Source: Rhodothermia bacterium (GTDB lineage: Bacteria; Bacteroidota; Rhodothermia; Rhodothermales; UBA2364). From it: a stretch of 64,000 nucleotides of DNA. Within the stretch, counting starts at the first letter, position 1; each line of letters begins with the position of its first letter. The stretch covers positions 4,887 to 68,886 of the forward strand of contig JAFLBZ010000004.1 of assembly GCA_017303715.1 (NCBI GenBank), written 5' to 3'. Shown piece by piece: positions 1 through 10,585 of the stretch. The position numbers and the translations under genes were made by a program. The notes beneath the pieces were generated by a model. It was not told the origin of the DNA. It did not search any database and saw nothing but the letters and a program-made list of their open reading frames with translations.

Positions 1-3000
1 GCTGGCTCGACCCCAAGGCGGGCATAACCACCAAACTGACAGGCAATATCCAACTGAATGGATCCGGAGATGGGCTTGCGAACTTCCAAGGAAAAGCGAT
101 TCTCGATATAGAACCCTCCCTCTTTGTCGTAAAAGGAAAAGAAACCCGCACAACCGACTTATACACCACCCTCGATATCCGAGAGAACGACCAAAAGGGC
201 ATCAATTTGGAAATGACGGGCGACTTGGCCACCATTTCTTTAGAGAGCGGGTATAAATTGGATGTTTTCCTTGAAATGGGTCAATATTGGCTAAATGCCA
301 TCACACGTACCATCTCCGCAGAGCAGGCAAAACGATATCGGCCCGATTCGTCTTATGTGCCTCCTACCTTGAATGTAGCAGCCATTGATGCAGAGCGCAA
401 TAAAATGAGCAAAAGAATGGGGCCACATCCGATTGACCGTTTACCTAAATTGACCGAAGCCTTTATAAAAATAAAACGCGGCGCTTTCCTGACCAACCTC
501 ATTCCCAATTTTCCGTATTTCGATGATTCGGTAGAACTTAAATGGCGATCGCTTGGAAGCCCAAATACAAGCTCGGTAGAAATCAACATCAGCGGCGATT
601 CGCTTGCTGTTGGCACGGCAAGACTAAAGAACTTCGACCTCAAACTGGCTGCGGATAGCAAATATGCGTATAACCTGACCAATAACCTACAAGCATCCAT
701 CATCGGTCAGTTTGAGCGCCTTCACATTGCTGGTGAAAAGTTTGAAAACACCAATTTAGAATTTAGCTACCAATATGGCGGCGGACAGTTGTACCTCAAC
801 TCTTCCAATCTTGCTGGATTAGGTGCATTCCGCACTTGGGCCAATCTCGATTTACTACAAGACAAAAATAGGTTGACCATTGTAGAGTTGGCATTAACCT
901 CGTCGGCCTACGAATGGCTGATCCCCAAAGACCAAGTTATTGACCTTTATACAGATGCTTTGATCTTAAACAATCTGGTGGTTGAACGACGTGACAACAA
1001 CCCGAATATGCCGAATCACACCATCCGAGCAAATGGCATTGTATCCGCATTACCCGAAGATGAGGTTAAAGTCCGTGTCGAAAATATAGACATTGGCGAC
1101 TTAACAAAGAATTTAAAAGGGCGTGATAAATTTGACGGAACCCTCCAAGGTGAATTTTCTATACGACGACTCTTCCAATCACCGGACATTAATGGTGCAT
1201 TAACGATTGAAAACAGCTGGCTAAACGGTACAGATTTTGGAACCCTGAACATTTGGGGGAATTTTGAGCCTATTAACCAAGTGGTAAATTTTAATCTACA
1301 AGCCCGACAGCCCCTACCCAGTCGGTTTGAAGTTCGCAACAACGACATAGACGTCTCTGGCAAAATTGGATTACCAAGAGGCAGCCGCGAAAAAGGAAAC
1401 CGAAATCCGGGTTTTATTGATGTGGCCATAGACCTTCGCCGGTTAGACCTCTTCTTCTTCAAAACCCTTTTCCCCTACGAGATTGACCGCGTTACGGGCT
1501 GGGGTTATGGAAATGGAACCGTAAAAGGGAGTTTTGATAAGCCCATTTTTGATGCCGACTTGTATTTGGTAGAAAGTAATTTCTTGGTTCCTTATTTCAA
1601 CTTGACGTATGGCCTTTCTGGACCTGTTTCTGTGGATGAACACGGTATCCACCTTAATAAGATGACCATTGCAGACAACACGGGTGGAAAGTCTGGGGTT
1701 GATGGCAGTATTTTATTTAACCATTACGATTTCTTCTCGCTCGACTTGGCCTTCAATTTAGACAAATTACAACTCATTAATGTCGGCGACTCCAAAGACC
1801 TTTATTGGTATGGTTATATTTGGGCTTCTGGCCCTGCAACGCTCAAAGGGCCACTGTATAAAGCCTTTATTGATGCACCTGACCTCACCACAACACCAAA
1901 TAGCCAACTTTTTATTCCGATAACGGGTAGTGGCCTGAGCAACGACGAGGTTTTTATCACTTTCACCGATTCTACCGGACAGGTACCAAAACCCATAAAA
2001 CGCCAAAATTTACTCTCCGGACGAGGAACTGGAGAAAGAACGTTTCTGGATGGATTAGAGATGAACGCCAATATCCGTGCCACCTCTGGCTCTACCATCC
2101 ACTTGGTTTTCGATCCACTGCTAAACGACGTTATCCATGCAGTTGGATATGGCGAACTACAGATGCAATACCTTGATGCCAGTTTCAAAATGTTCGGGGA
2201 TTTTAATGTGGAGTCTGGCGACTACCTCTTCACCGCCTTCGATATTTTCCGCAAGCCTTTTAAATTGGAACGCGGGGGCAGAATGACGTGGTCTGGTGAT
2301 CCTATAAATGCCAAATTAGCCATCCCCGCTTCCTACAAAACCAATGCTCGGACGGATGGGCTGGAAGGGATTCTCCCAAGTTTAGACACCCAAAACGTTT
2401 CTCGGATACCCATCAAGGTGGGGATGGACATTACGGGTGACGTCAATTCGCCTATTGTGGATTTGCGGCTTGCCATTGACCGAGACCAACGTGTAGGTGA
2501 ATTTGGAAATTATGAGGGCTTAGAAACCGAGTTTAACCGAGAAGACCGCGCAACTTCATACGCCTTTAGTGTACTACTCACAAACTCCTTCGCACTGGCC
2601 TCTGCTATTATTAATCCAAACAACCCAAATGCAAGCGTTTCCGATGCCGGGCAACAAGTTGTCTTTACCAGTCTCGCGCAGTTGGTTTCGGCCTACTTAA
2701 ACCGTGTTGTAAACCAAGTGATACCCAATGCCGACATCAACTTGGGGATTTATCAGGGGAAAGACCTTACCCGCCTTAACGAACTGGGGCTACAAGCAGG
2801 AATTGCACTACGCCTTTTTGACGAACGTATTGTGATTCGAGGCGAGGGGATTCTACCGAATTTCGACAATGCCGATGGTGCATTGCAAAACCAATTTAGT
2901 GGGGAAGTTGTCTTTGAGTACAAAATCTCGCCCAATGTCTCCATTGAGGCGTTTTATCGCAAAAATGACCGAATTCTCGGAACAAACGATGTCGTTTCTG

Positions 3001-3149
3001 GGGAATCCGTAGGCATAGGGTTTAACCTGCAAAAAACATTCTCGAATTGGAATAAAATTTTCAAGCGAAAAAAACGCAATATTTCAACCAAAAAGCGCGA
3101 CAGCGCCCTTGTATCCGTAAACCGTCCGTTAAGACCTGATAGACGCTAA
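1..3149 (+). CDS. TamB-like translocation/assembly module protein, 5' end outside the window
   Basis: The frame of the 207..3149 ORF is open from nt 3 with no stop, so the gene enters from upstream. More than 980 aa, beta-rich and repetitive. The C-terminal part resembles DUF490/TamB as I recall it. Confidence 0.55.
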   Translation, partial: WLDPKAGITTKLTGNIQLNGSGDGLANFQGKAILDIEPSLFVVKGKETRTTDLYTTLDIRENDQKGINLEMTGDLATISLESGYKLDVFLEMGQYWLNAITRTISAEQAKRYRPDSSYVPPTLNVAAIDAERNKMSKRMGPHPIDRLPKLTEAFIKIKRGAFLTNLIPNFPYFDDSVELKWRSLGSPNTSSVEINISGDSLAVGTARLKNFDLKLAADSKYAYNLTNNLQASIIGQFERLHIAGEKFENTNLEFSYQYGGGQLYLNSSNLAGLGAFRTWANLDLLQDKNRLTIVELALTSSAYEWLIPKDQVIDLYTDALILNNLVVERRDNNPNMPNHTIRANGIVSALPEDEVKVRVENIDIGDLTKNLKGRDKFDGTLQGEFSIRRLFQSPDINGALTIENSWLNGTDFGTLNIWGNFEPINQVVNFNLQARQPLPSRFEVRNNDIDVSGKIGLPRGSREKGNRNPGFIDVAIDLRRLDLFFFKTLFPYEIDRVTGWGYGNGTVKGSFDKPIFDADLYLVESNFLVPYFNLTYGLSGPVSVDEHGIHLNKMTIADNTGGKSGVDGSILFNHYDFFSLDLAFNLDKLQLINVGDSKDLYWYGYIWASGPATLKGPLYKAFIDAPDLTTTPNSQLFIPITGSGLSNDEVFITFTDSTGQVPKPIKRQNLLSGRGTGERTFLDGLEMNANIRATSGSTIHLVFDPLLNDVIHAVGYGELQMQYLDASFKMFGDFNVESGDYLFTAFDIFRKPFKLERGGRMTWSGDPINAKLAIPASYKTNARTDGLEGILPSLDTQNVSRIPIKVGMDITGDVNSPIVDLRLAIDRDQRVGEFGNYEGLETEFNREDRATSYAFSVLLTNSFALASAIINPNNPNASVSDAGQQVVFTSLAQLVSAYLNRVVNQVIPNADINLGIYQGKDLTRLNELGLQAGIALRLFDERIVIRGEGILPNFDNADGALQNQFSGEVVFEYKISPNVSIEAFYRKNDRILGTNDVVSGESVGIGFNLQKTFSNWNKIFKRKKRNISTKKRDSALVSVNRPLRPDRR

Positions 3150-3174
3150 TTTTAGACAACCAAAATAAACTTCT

Positions 3175-5343
3175 ATGAAACAAGAACCGCACCTCATCCG
3201 CAATTTAATCCTCACGTTTCTTACCAAAAACAAAAAACAAGCCTTTCGCCCTAAAGAATTGGCACAATCCCTTAATATTCGAGACAACCGCGCATTCTCC
3301 ATTTTCCAACAAGAACTTGAAGCATTGGTGTCTAAGGGAGAAATTCAGAAAGTCTCTGGCGGAAAAGTGAAATTTATGAACCAAGAACCCCACCTCCAAG
3401 TGGGTACGCTTACGGTTCACCCGCAAGGTTATGGTTTTGTAACCATCCTGAATATAGTGGAAGACATTTACATCCCACAAGGATTACTTGGCTATGCTAT
3501 GGATGGCGATACCGTAAGAATCAGTCTTTTTGCCCCAAACCGTCGCGGCAATAGACGCCAAGAAGGGCGGGTAGAAGAAGTTATTGAGCGAAAACGTACC
3601 CAAGCCGTAGGGACGCTAATCGAAGACGAAGAAGATGGGCTTCGATATGTCCGTCCTCACGACCCACGCCTTTTAGCCGATGTTCTGATTAGTCCCAAAG
3701 ACCCAACCGATGCCAAAGATGGCGACGCTGTTCTGGTTTCGATGGATCGTTTTAATGTACACCTTGGGGTTCCTGAAGGCAAAATCCTCCAACGCATTGG
3801 ACGCGCAGACGACCCCGCAATCCAAGTCACATCCTTAGCCCTTTCCCGCGACATCCGGGCACAGTTCCCGCCCAATGTGATTTCTGCCGCCGAAGCCATT
3901 CCTTTAGAAATTCCTACTGACGAAGCAAAACGTCGTTTGGATTTACGCGGAAAACGTGTATTTACCATAGACCCCTACGACGCCAAAGATTTTGACGACG
4001 CTTTACACCTTGAACAAATTGGTGAAGACCGTTATATCGTTGGGGTACACATTGCGGACGTTAGCTTTTACGTTACCCAAAATTCCGAAATAGACCAAGA
4101 AGCAACGCTACGCGCCACAAGTGTTTATCTCGTAGATCGGGTTATCCCCATGTTGCCGGAGAAATTATCCAATGGCGTCTGTTCTCTACGGCCAAACGAG
4201 GACAAATTAACCTTTTCGGTCATGTTTGAGGTGAATGGCTTGGGAGAAGTACTCCACTATCAGATTGTCGAGACCATTATTCACTCACAGCAACGGCTCA
4301 CCTACGAAGAAGCACAAGCCATTTTAGAAGGCGAAAATGACGCCCACCCTTTTGCATCGGACGTCCAAATGGCGTGGAAAATTGCCAAAAATCTACGCGA
4401 ATCTCGGTTCAAACAAGGCTCTGTGCGGTTCAACCGACCGGAAGTAAAAGTAAAACTTGCTGAAGACGGAACGCCTCTTGAGGTTTATGCAAAAATCACC
4501 AAAGAAGCGAATTGGTTAATCGAAGAATGGATGCTACTGGCAAACAAAATGGTGGCAATTCATGTCAATCAGGCATTTAAAGAAGTCCCTCCTTTTGTTT
4601 ATCGGACGCACGACATTCCCAACGCCGAACGAATGATGCAGTTGGCGGAATACCTGAAATTATTCGGTTTTGAGATCCCTCACAAAGGCGGAAACATCCA
4701 AGCACAAGACCTGAACCGGCTCATGGAAATGGTTCACGGAAAACCCCAAGCCTTGCTTATCGAAGATGCCGCCCTAAGGGCAATGGCAAAAGCCAAATAC
4801 ACGGTCGAGAATATTGGGCACTTCGGACTTGGCTTCCCATTCTATAGCCACTTCACGTCCCCCATTAGACGGTATCCAGACCTGATTGCTCATCGGTTGT
4901 TGAAAAAATATGCCCAAACCGGATTCACCAAACCGGACAAAGATGAACTAAGTGCCACTTGTTTGCATTGCTCTACCAAAGAAAAAGAAGCCGAGGAAGC
5001 AGAACGAGAATCTATCCGACTTAAACAAGCCGAATATATGCTCCAACACGTCGGGACGGCGTATAATGGCGTTATTAGTGGGGTTACCAATTTCGGTATT
5101 TATGTCACCATCACCGAACTTCTGGTTGAGGGGATGGTCTTATTGCGCGATTTGAATGACGACTTTTACGATTACGATGAAAAGCGGTATTGTTTGATTG
5201 GGCGTAAACACAAAAAGGTTTTCCAGATTGGGAATCCTATCCGCGTATTGGTTGCTAAAGCAGACGTTGCCTCCAGAAGAATTGACCTAACTCTGGTGGC
5301 GTCTGCAACACAGCAAAAACAACGCCCAGCACGAAAAAGGTAG
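3175..5343 (+). CDS. rnr: Ribonuclease R (RNase II/VacB family 3'-5' exoribonuclease)
   Basis: 722 aa. RNB-domain motifs DPYDAKDFDDALH and RATSVYLVDRVIPMLP, a C-terminal S1-like domain and a basic tail. Confidence 0.9.
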   Translation: MKQEPHLIRNLILTFLTKNKKQAFRPKELAQSLNIRDNRAFSIFQQELEALVSKGEIQKVSGGKVKFMNQEPHLQVGTLTVHPQGYGFVTILNIVEDIYIPQGLLGYAMDGDTVRISLFAPNRRGNRRQEGRVEEVIERKRTQAVGTLIEDEEDGLRYVRPHDPRLLADVLISPKDPTDAKDGDAVLVSMDRFNVHLGVPEGKILQRIGRADDPAIQVTSLALSRDIRAQFPPNVISAAEAIPLEIPTDEAKRRLDLRGKRVFTIDPYDAKDFDDALHLEQIGEDRYIVGVHIADVSFYVTQNSEIDQEATLRATSVYLVDRVIPMLPEKLSNGVCSLRPNEDKLTFSVMFEVNGLGEVLHYQIVETIIHSQQRLTYEEAQAILEGENDAHPFASDVQMAWKIAKNLRESRFKQGSVRFNRPEVKVKLAEDGTPLEVYAKITKEANWLIEEWMLLANKMVAIHVNQAFKEVPPFVYRTHDIPNAERMMQLAEYLKLFGFEIPHKGGNIQAQDLNRLMEMVHGKPQALLIEDAALRAMAKAKYTVENIGHFGLGFPFYSHFTSPIRRYPDLIAHRLLKKYAQTGFTKPDKDELSATCLHCSTKEKEAEEAERESIRLKQAEYMLQHVGTAYNGVISGVTNFGIYVTITELLVEGMVLLRDLNDDFYDYDEKRYCLIGRKHKKVFQIGNPIRVLVAKADVASRRIDLTLVASATQQKQRPARKR

Positions 5344-5640
5344 CAAAAGCCCTTTCGATAGGCTTGGATAATATTTCGCCAATGAACTTGGACTATGCCC
5401 CATTAACAGACCTTCGACAACTATGAATCAACGAGTGGCTTTGTCTTTTCTAAAAGTGGAATTGGTTTATCAATGGTGAAGCGTGCAGCGTCCATTCATA
5501 CCAAGTACTTTGTTTTTTCAGAAGTCAAAACACACAATGACATATTCAGCCAGCCTTTAACTTAAATGGATTTTAATACTTAAATGTGCATTATGTAACC
5601 AAGTGGGAGTTTGCCAAAACCAGTCCCGGCCTCAAGAGCA

Positions 5641-5801
5641 TCATGGAAGAACTTACGGGATTACATCAATTTCGGTTTTACAAGGGTTTGTTCTACTTTT
5701 TAATGAAGAGCAAAGCTCCATAGGGGCGGTAGCTTAATAACACAACAAAGCCCCGTAGAGGTGGCATCTTTACATGACGAGGAAAAACTGGTTGATCGTA
5801 G
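5641..5801 (-). repeat. Dispersed intergenic repeat, copy A (inverted relative to copy B)
   Basis: Its reverse complement aligns by eye with 55475-55649. The first 61 nt have 4 mismatches, and the rest has about 11 mismatches plus 17-nt and 3-nt indels. Two GC-hairpin modules lie at 5714-5735 and 5747-5770. Confidence 0.85.
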
Positions 5802-6012
5802 TATTTGCGCTGTGATGAAGTCGTACAATGACCCTTCGTTAAATAAGGGATTTTCAAATTGTGAAATACTCACAACTCGTATTTACTCAACTTGGGAACA
5901 GTCCTGATTTATATTTTCTTGGCCGATCAAATTAGGGTGGTAATTTAAGATGCAGTTTATGATTTATGGCCTGAACCACAGCATAACACGGTTGAGTTAA
6001 GGCCATACACCC

Positions 6013-6510
6013 TCATAACTCGCCCCGCAACTGTTCCAAAAGGTTTTTACAGGTACGATACACCATCGCATACACCTCATCAAAGCCTTGCTGACCGCCA
6101 TAGTAGGGGTCTGGAACCTCGCCATTCCCGGGATTGGGGTCAAAATCGCGGAAGAGGCGCACTTTTTGAACATCGGTATCTAATTCGTCTCCAGCCCCTG
6201 CGATCATCAGCATATTTTCCACGTTCGAGCGATCCATGCCCAAGATCAGGTCGTAGTGGTCTAAGAAGTGGGCTTTAAACTGTTGGGCGCGTTGTTTAGA
6301 GATATCCACCCCATTCGAGGCCGCCGTTCTGGTCATCCGACGGTCTGGCGGTTCTCCCACGTGCCATCCACCCGTCCCTGCCGAGGCAATCTCGAAGCGT
6401 GCCTCCAGTCCGGCTTCTTTCACCAAATATCGGAATACCCCCTCGGCAAGTGGGCTACGACAGATATTCCCAAGGCAAACAAAAACAATGCGATATGGTT
6501 GGTTTTTCAT
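6013..6510 (-). CDS. Low-molecular-weight protein-tyrosine phosphatase
   Basis: P-loop motif VCLGNICRSP (CX5R-S) close to the N-terminus, with DPYYG near the C-terminus. The start is moved to MKNQPYRIVF at 6510. Confidence 0.85.
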   Translation of the reverse strand: MKNQPYRIVFVCLGNICRSPLAEGVFRYLVKEAGLEARFEIASAGTGGWHVGEPPDRRMTRTAASNGVDISKQRAQQFKAHFLDHYDLILGMDRSNVENMLMIAGAGDELDTDVQKVRLFRDFDPNPGNGEVPDPYYGGQQGFDEVYAMVYRTCKNLLEQLRGEL

Positions 6511-6682
6511 AAGTCTATTCAAGTTTTGGATTGACTTCAATCTTGGTAACCAAAATAATACCAATAAGGCACGTACTACATGAAATGATTGCGGGTATGT
6601 ACTTGTATCCAGCCAGCCGATGTGCTATAATACTCCTCTTATCATTGAAATTGTCCATGCAGCGTCATTAACAACCAAATTT

Positions 6683-7720
6683 ATGAAGACAGCAACCTAT
6701 CTTATGACCGAAGCAGCTTTAAAGAAAGGCTGGATTCGTAGTGAACAAGACGTAGAAACTGATGCAAAAGGTCGCCTTGTGGTTGGCCAAGATGCGTTTC
6801 GCTACATCGTTAACCTCGGTTGGGGGCAATTAGACCCCAATATTACGCCCGTAGGCGATTGTCACGAAATGGTACAAGACAGCCAAGGACGGATCATCTT
6901 GTTGACGAATGATACCCATAATAATGTGGTTGTATATGACAAAAACGGCAAGTTTCTCACCTCATGGGGGACGGAATATCCGGGGGCACATGGGCTGACG
7001 CTTTCAACCGAAAATGGGGAGGACTTCCTGTTTATCTGCGACAACAACCGCCACCAAGTTATCAAAACCACCTTGACGGGTAAAGAAGTGATGGTTCTTG
7101 GCATCCCAACAGAGGCTGACGTTTATGATACACCGGAGCAATACATCCCTACAGAAGTTGCCGTAGCACCCAATGGGGATTTTTATGTGGCAGATGGGTA
7201 CGGGCAGGATTGGGTGATCCAATATGACCATAACGGGAAGTATATCCGCCATTTTGGTGGAAAGGGGACCGGAGCAGCGCACTTGAACAATGCCCATGGG
7301 GTTTGTGTAGATACCCGCAATCCGCAAGACCCGTTTTTATGGGTGACTTCGCGGCCAGAGCACCGTTTCAAGCGTTTTAGCCTTTCTGGAGCGTATCAAA
7401 GTGATATCCATTTGCCCGGAGCTTGGGTTTGCCGTCCGGTCATCCATGGTCCTAATCTTTATGCAGCGGTTTTGGTCTCCGAGAAATTGGGTTTTAATGG
7501 CGGGTCTGGTTTTATCACCATTTTAGACGCAGAAAACCGCGTAGTGGCGAATCTTGGTGGATTTGCACCCCAATACCACAACGGGCAATTAGCAGAAATG
7601 TGCCAAGCATTCCCCTTGTTTTTATATCCACACGACGTTTGTGTGGATGACGACGAAAACCTCTATGTTCCCCAATGGAATTCAGGAAAGGTCTATCCAT
7701 ACAAACTCGAAAGAATATAA
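6683..7720 (+). CDS. NHL-repeat / six-bladed beta-propeller protein
   Basis: Repeated propeller-like segments such as FYVADGYGQDWVIQYD and NLYVPQWNSGKV. The start is uncertain (6620 or 6683). Confidence 0.5.
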   Translation: MKTATYLMTEAALKKGWIRSEQDVETDAKGRLVVGQDAFRYIVNLGWGQLDPNITPVGDCHEMVQDSQGRIILLTNDTHNNVVVYDKNGKFLTSWGTEYPGAHGLTLSTENGEDFLFICDNNRHQVIKTTLTGKEVMVLGIPTEADVYDTPEQYIPTEVAVAPNGDFYVADGYGQDWVIQYDHNGKYIRHFGGKGTGAAHLNNAHGVCVDTRNPQDPFLWVTSRPEHRFKRFSLSGAYQSDIHLPGAWVCRPVIHGPNLYAAVLVSEKLGFNGGSGFITILDAENRVVANLGGFAPQYHNGQLAEMCQAFPLFLYPHDVCVDDDENLYVPQWNSGKVYPYKLERI

Positions 7721-7722
7721 GG

Positions 7723-8085
7723 TCAAGTAACCACTTTTAGGTTTCTCCGGCCCATCCAACGACGGATTAAGGCATACAGGCAGACCAGCCATCCAATTGG
7801 GTAAGGCAGTGTAAAAACAGCCCACCACATCGGGTATGGGGTAGCTCCGCCAATGCCTCCCAATGCCGTAAAGCCCCACATGGCTGCTGTACCAATGGCA
7901 ATCAAAACAGCGGCCAAAAGGAAGGTTTTTCGGCAAGAGTCCTGCATGAAATGGGTGGAAACGGACAATAAAACACTCCCCAAAAAGACAACAATCGAGC
8001 CTTCTAAAGGGTCTATTGCGCCTAATAATACAGCGGCCACACCCAGCATGAAGAGCACATGCGACCAATTGGCTTTATTTTTCAT
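7723..8085 (-). CDS. Small polytopic membrane protein (hypothetical)
   Basis: 120 aa with four hydrophobic segments. The ORF fits tightly between its neighbours. Confidence 0.5.
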   Translation of the reverse strand: MKNKANWSHVLFMLGVAAVLLGAIDPLEGSIVVFLGSVLLSVSTHFMQDSCRKTFLLAAVLIAIGTAAMWGFTALGGIGGATPYPMWWAVFTLPYPIGWLVCLYALIRRWMGRRNLKVVT

Positions 8086-8139
8086 CGCTTAGAAATTTTG
8101 GTTAATACCGTTTGCGTATCTCTTTACAAAAATTTCGGG

Positions 8140-10341
8140 TTATACGCCGCTGTGTTGTAGGGAGTCCCGAATTTCCCTTGTTTCTTCGTGTAGGGCTATC
8201 AGAAAGTCAAACAGATAGTCTTTTCCAGCCATTTGTGCCTGATGATGCCAAGGATTCATAACGGTCGAGCGTAGTACAAATAGACCTTCCCGCTTATAAT
8301 CGGCCTTGCTGACCTTGAGCGTTTTCAACAATTCCGAAACCGATTTGGTGGAGTATTGCGAGACCATAAAACGGGTGCGCGAGACAAAGAAGTCTTGAGC
8401 GTACAAGCGTTTACGGGTCTCTTTTTTGTTCCGAATCGTAAAACGGTCATAAATCAACTGGTTTAAATGGTTCAATTCCTGCAAGGAGCAATCTACACGA
8501 ACAAGGGTGTCGTCATGCCAAGCCATTGGGACGGCCACAAAGCACACGATATTGGTATCTGGCGGATCATAAGCAAGAACGAAGGTGAAGGGAAATTTAC
8601 TGGCGTTTTCTTTGCCAAAAATCTCTCCATCCAAATACCGGAAGATCTTTTTATGGTGGTTTAGGTAATGTGCAAAGCGACGGGTATTTAGGATGCTGGT
8701 TCGGATGATTTTGCCGTGTCCGTGGGTTTCCAATGGAATGGTTTTATGCGCCAAATAACAGGCGGCAGCGGCAGCACCAGGCTTCGAGCCTTCTAGGATA
8801 TATGGTCCAACGGCATGGATTTCCGGCGTATGGTCTATCTGGTTCAACCCACCTTCTTCCTCCGAAATGTATTGTGCTTTTTGGGTGATCAGTTCCGTAA
8901 CAATTCCATGTTTGATGGCAATTATGCCTGCCGGATAAGGAATATAGCCCATCTTATGCGGATCAATGGTGATGGAATCGGCATCAGGGAAGGCAAGAAA
9001 TGCACCGTATAGCTCTGGATTGTCCCAAGCAATGCGTATCGGCTGGCTGAGAGCTTTGTTTTTATGCGTGATTGTAAAAGTTTCGGCAACATCCAACTTT
9101 TCCACATACGACTGAAGGACTTCTGCCATACCACCTTTTTCCTTTTTGGTCAATTCTGGATGGCAAAAAAGGCTTCTGAAGTACCCACCCCAAGCCCCAT
9201 CCACATGCAACCAAAAAGAGCGATTATGCTTTTTCGCTAATTCGTCTCGGAGGAATTTAACCCGATGTACTGGATCAACCGCCCCTTCCTCGGTTGTTCC
9301 GGCAACAGCAATCACGAAAGCCGTGTATTCATTGGGTTTTTGGTGCAAAAGTAATTCTCGCAATGCAAGGGCATCCATACGGAATTGGGCGTCAACCGGA
9401 ACCGGAACGATAGCGTCTTCGCCATAGCCCAAAACATTTGCAGCTTTTTTGATGCTATAATGTGCCGACTCCGAGACATAAATACGGGGTTTAAATCCCA
9501 GACGTTCCAGAATGGGATATAATCCGCGCCTACTGACATTAAACAGGCTGTTTTCCACATGCTCGTTAAGTTCTTTTAAGACCAAATCCTGTACTTGGCG
9601 CTTCTCATCAATCAAGTGATTGGCCAAGCTACGTAGCATACGAGCCGCCTGATTGGGCTTGAGGGCAATCAACGTCTGTGCCGGAACTTCCAAGATGGAA
9701 ACACTGGCGTTTCGTACGCAATTCGGTGTACGAATAAGGAAGTCTATATGGCGTTGTTGGCAATATTCCTGCACCATAAAAGGGAGAAACTGCACCGTCC
9801 GAGCGATCCAAAGCGCTTCGATATTGGCAACTGTGCCGCCGGAGCAAATATGCGCCCATGCGGTATCGGGGTTGTACCCCAACATCGCCGCAACCATTTT
9901 CCCCACTTCCAACTCAAGCGGAACCGTCACCGAAGCCGATTCATCCGTCACATTGTTGGGGTTATAGAGCATCCCAGCGAAATAGCCCACCACCGAGGGC
10001 AAAGTTTGTTCGCTGAGCATATGGGCGATGTAACGAGGCGAATAAAACGGAAAATGCGCCTTTAGTTGGTTGAGAACCGTTTCTAATTCGGTGTCTAACT
10101 GATCAAACCAATGCTCGTGTTGTCGGCGCTTGGTACGGTCAACAATGATAGGATCTTCAGGGAAATAATTTCGTCGCCAATGAATGTAGTCGTTGAAGAT
10201 ATTCATCAGCAGTTGCGCCCAAACATCGGCATGTTCAGCTTTGGGACCAAGAAACCATGCCGAGAGTGGATTTTGGGTGATACCGTCCACTTTACTGGGG
10301 TCGTTCAGGCGGTGAGGACTTTTTGAAGGGTGATGTTCCAT
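8140..10341 (-). CDS. Pyridoxal-phosphate-dependent decarboxylase (group II), long form
   Basis: PLP-lysine motif SITIDPHKMGYIPYPAG and GGTVANIEAL. 733 aa from MEHHPSKS at 10341. The ORF track extends to 10500. Confidence 0.75.
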   Translation of the reverse strand: MEHHPSKSPHRLNDPSKVDGITQNPLSAWFLGPKAEHADVWAQLLMNIFNDYIHWRRNYFPEDPIIVDRTKRRQHEHWFDQLDTELETVLNQLKAHFPFYSPRYIAHMLSEQTLPSVVGYFAGMLYNPNNVTDESASVTVPLELEVGKMVAAMLGYNPDTAWAHICSGGTVANIEALWIARTVQFLPFMVQEYCQQRHIDFLIRTPNCVRNASVSILEVPAQTLIALKPNQAARMLRSLANHLIDEKRQVQDLVLKELNEHVENSLFNVSRRGLYPILERLGFKPRIYVSESAHYSIKKAANVLGYGEDAIVPVPVDAQFRMDALALRELLLHQKPNEYTAFVIAVAGTTEEGAVDPVHRVKFLRDELAKKHNRSFWLHVDGAWGGYFRSLFCHPELTKKEKGGMAEVLQSYVEKLDVAETFTITHKNKALSQPIRIAWDNPELYGAFLAFPDADSITIDPHKMGYIPYPAGIIAIKHGIVTELITQKAQYISEEEGGLNQIDHTPEIHAVGPYILEGSKPGAAAAACYLAHKTIPLETHGHGKIIRTSILNTRRFAHYLNHHKKIFRYLDGEIFGKENASKFPFTFVLAYDPPDTNIVCFVAVPMAWHDDTLVRVDCSLQELNHLNQLIYDRFTIRNKKETRKRLYAQDFFVSRTRFMVSQYSTKSVSELLKTLKVSKADYKREGLFVLRSTVMNPWHHQAQMAGKDYLFDFLIALHEETREIRDSLQHSGV

Positions 10342-10585
10342 TGGTTTTTTAAACACAATGTACCTCAATTTTGTCCATCGTTTGTATGGGAATTTTGCAA
10401 TATCCGGACGATTTTTCTGCACACGAGGCGACGTCTCTGAACGCCAATGCCTTGTTTCGACGTTTGAGATGGTAAAGGTAACGCCCCTACCTGATCGCAA
10501 AAAAGTTGGGGGATTTTATGGCGGCGAAAGGATGTTTGTCCAGATGCCCGATTCGCACATAATGCAAATCCACAACCAACGGCCA

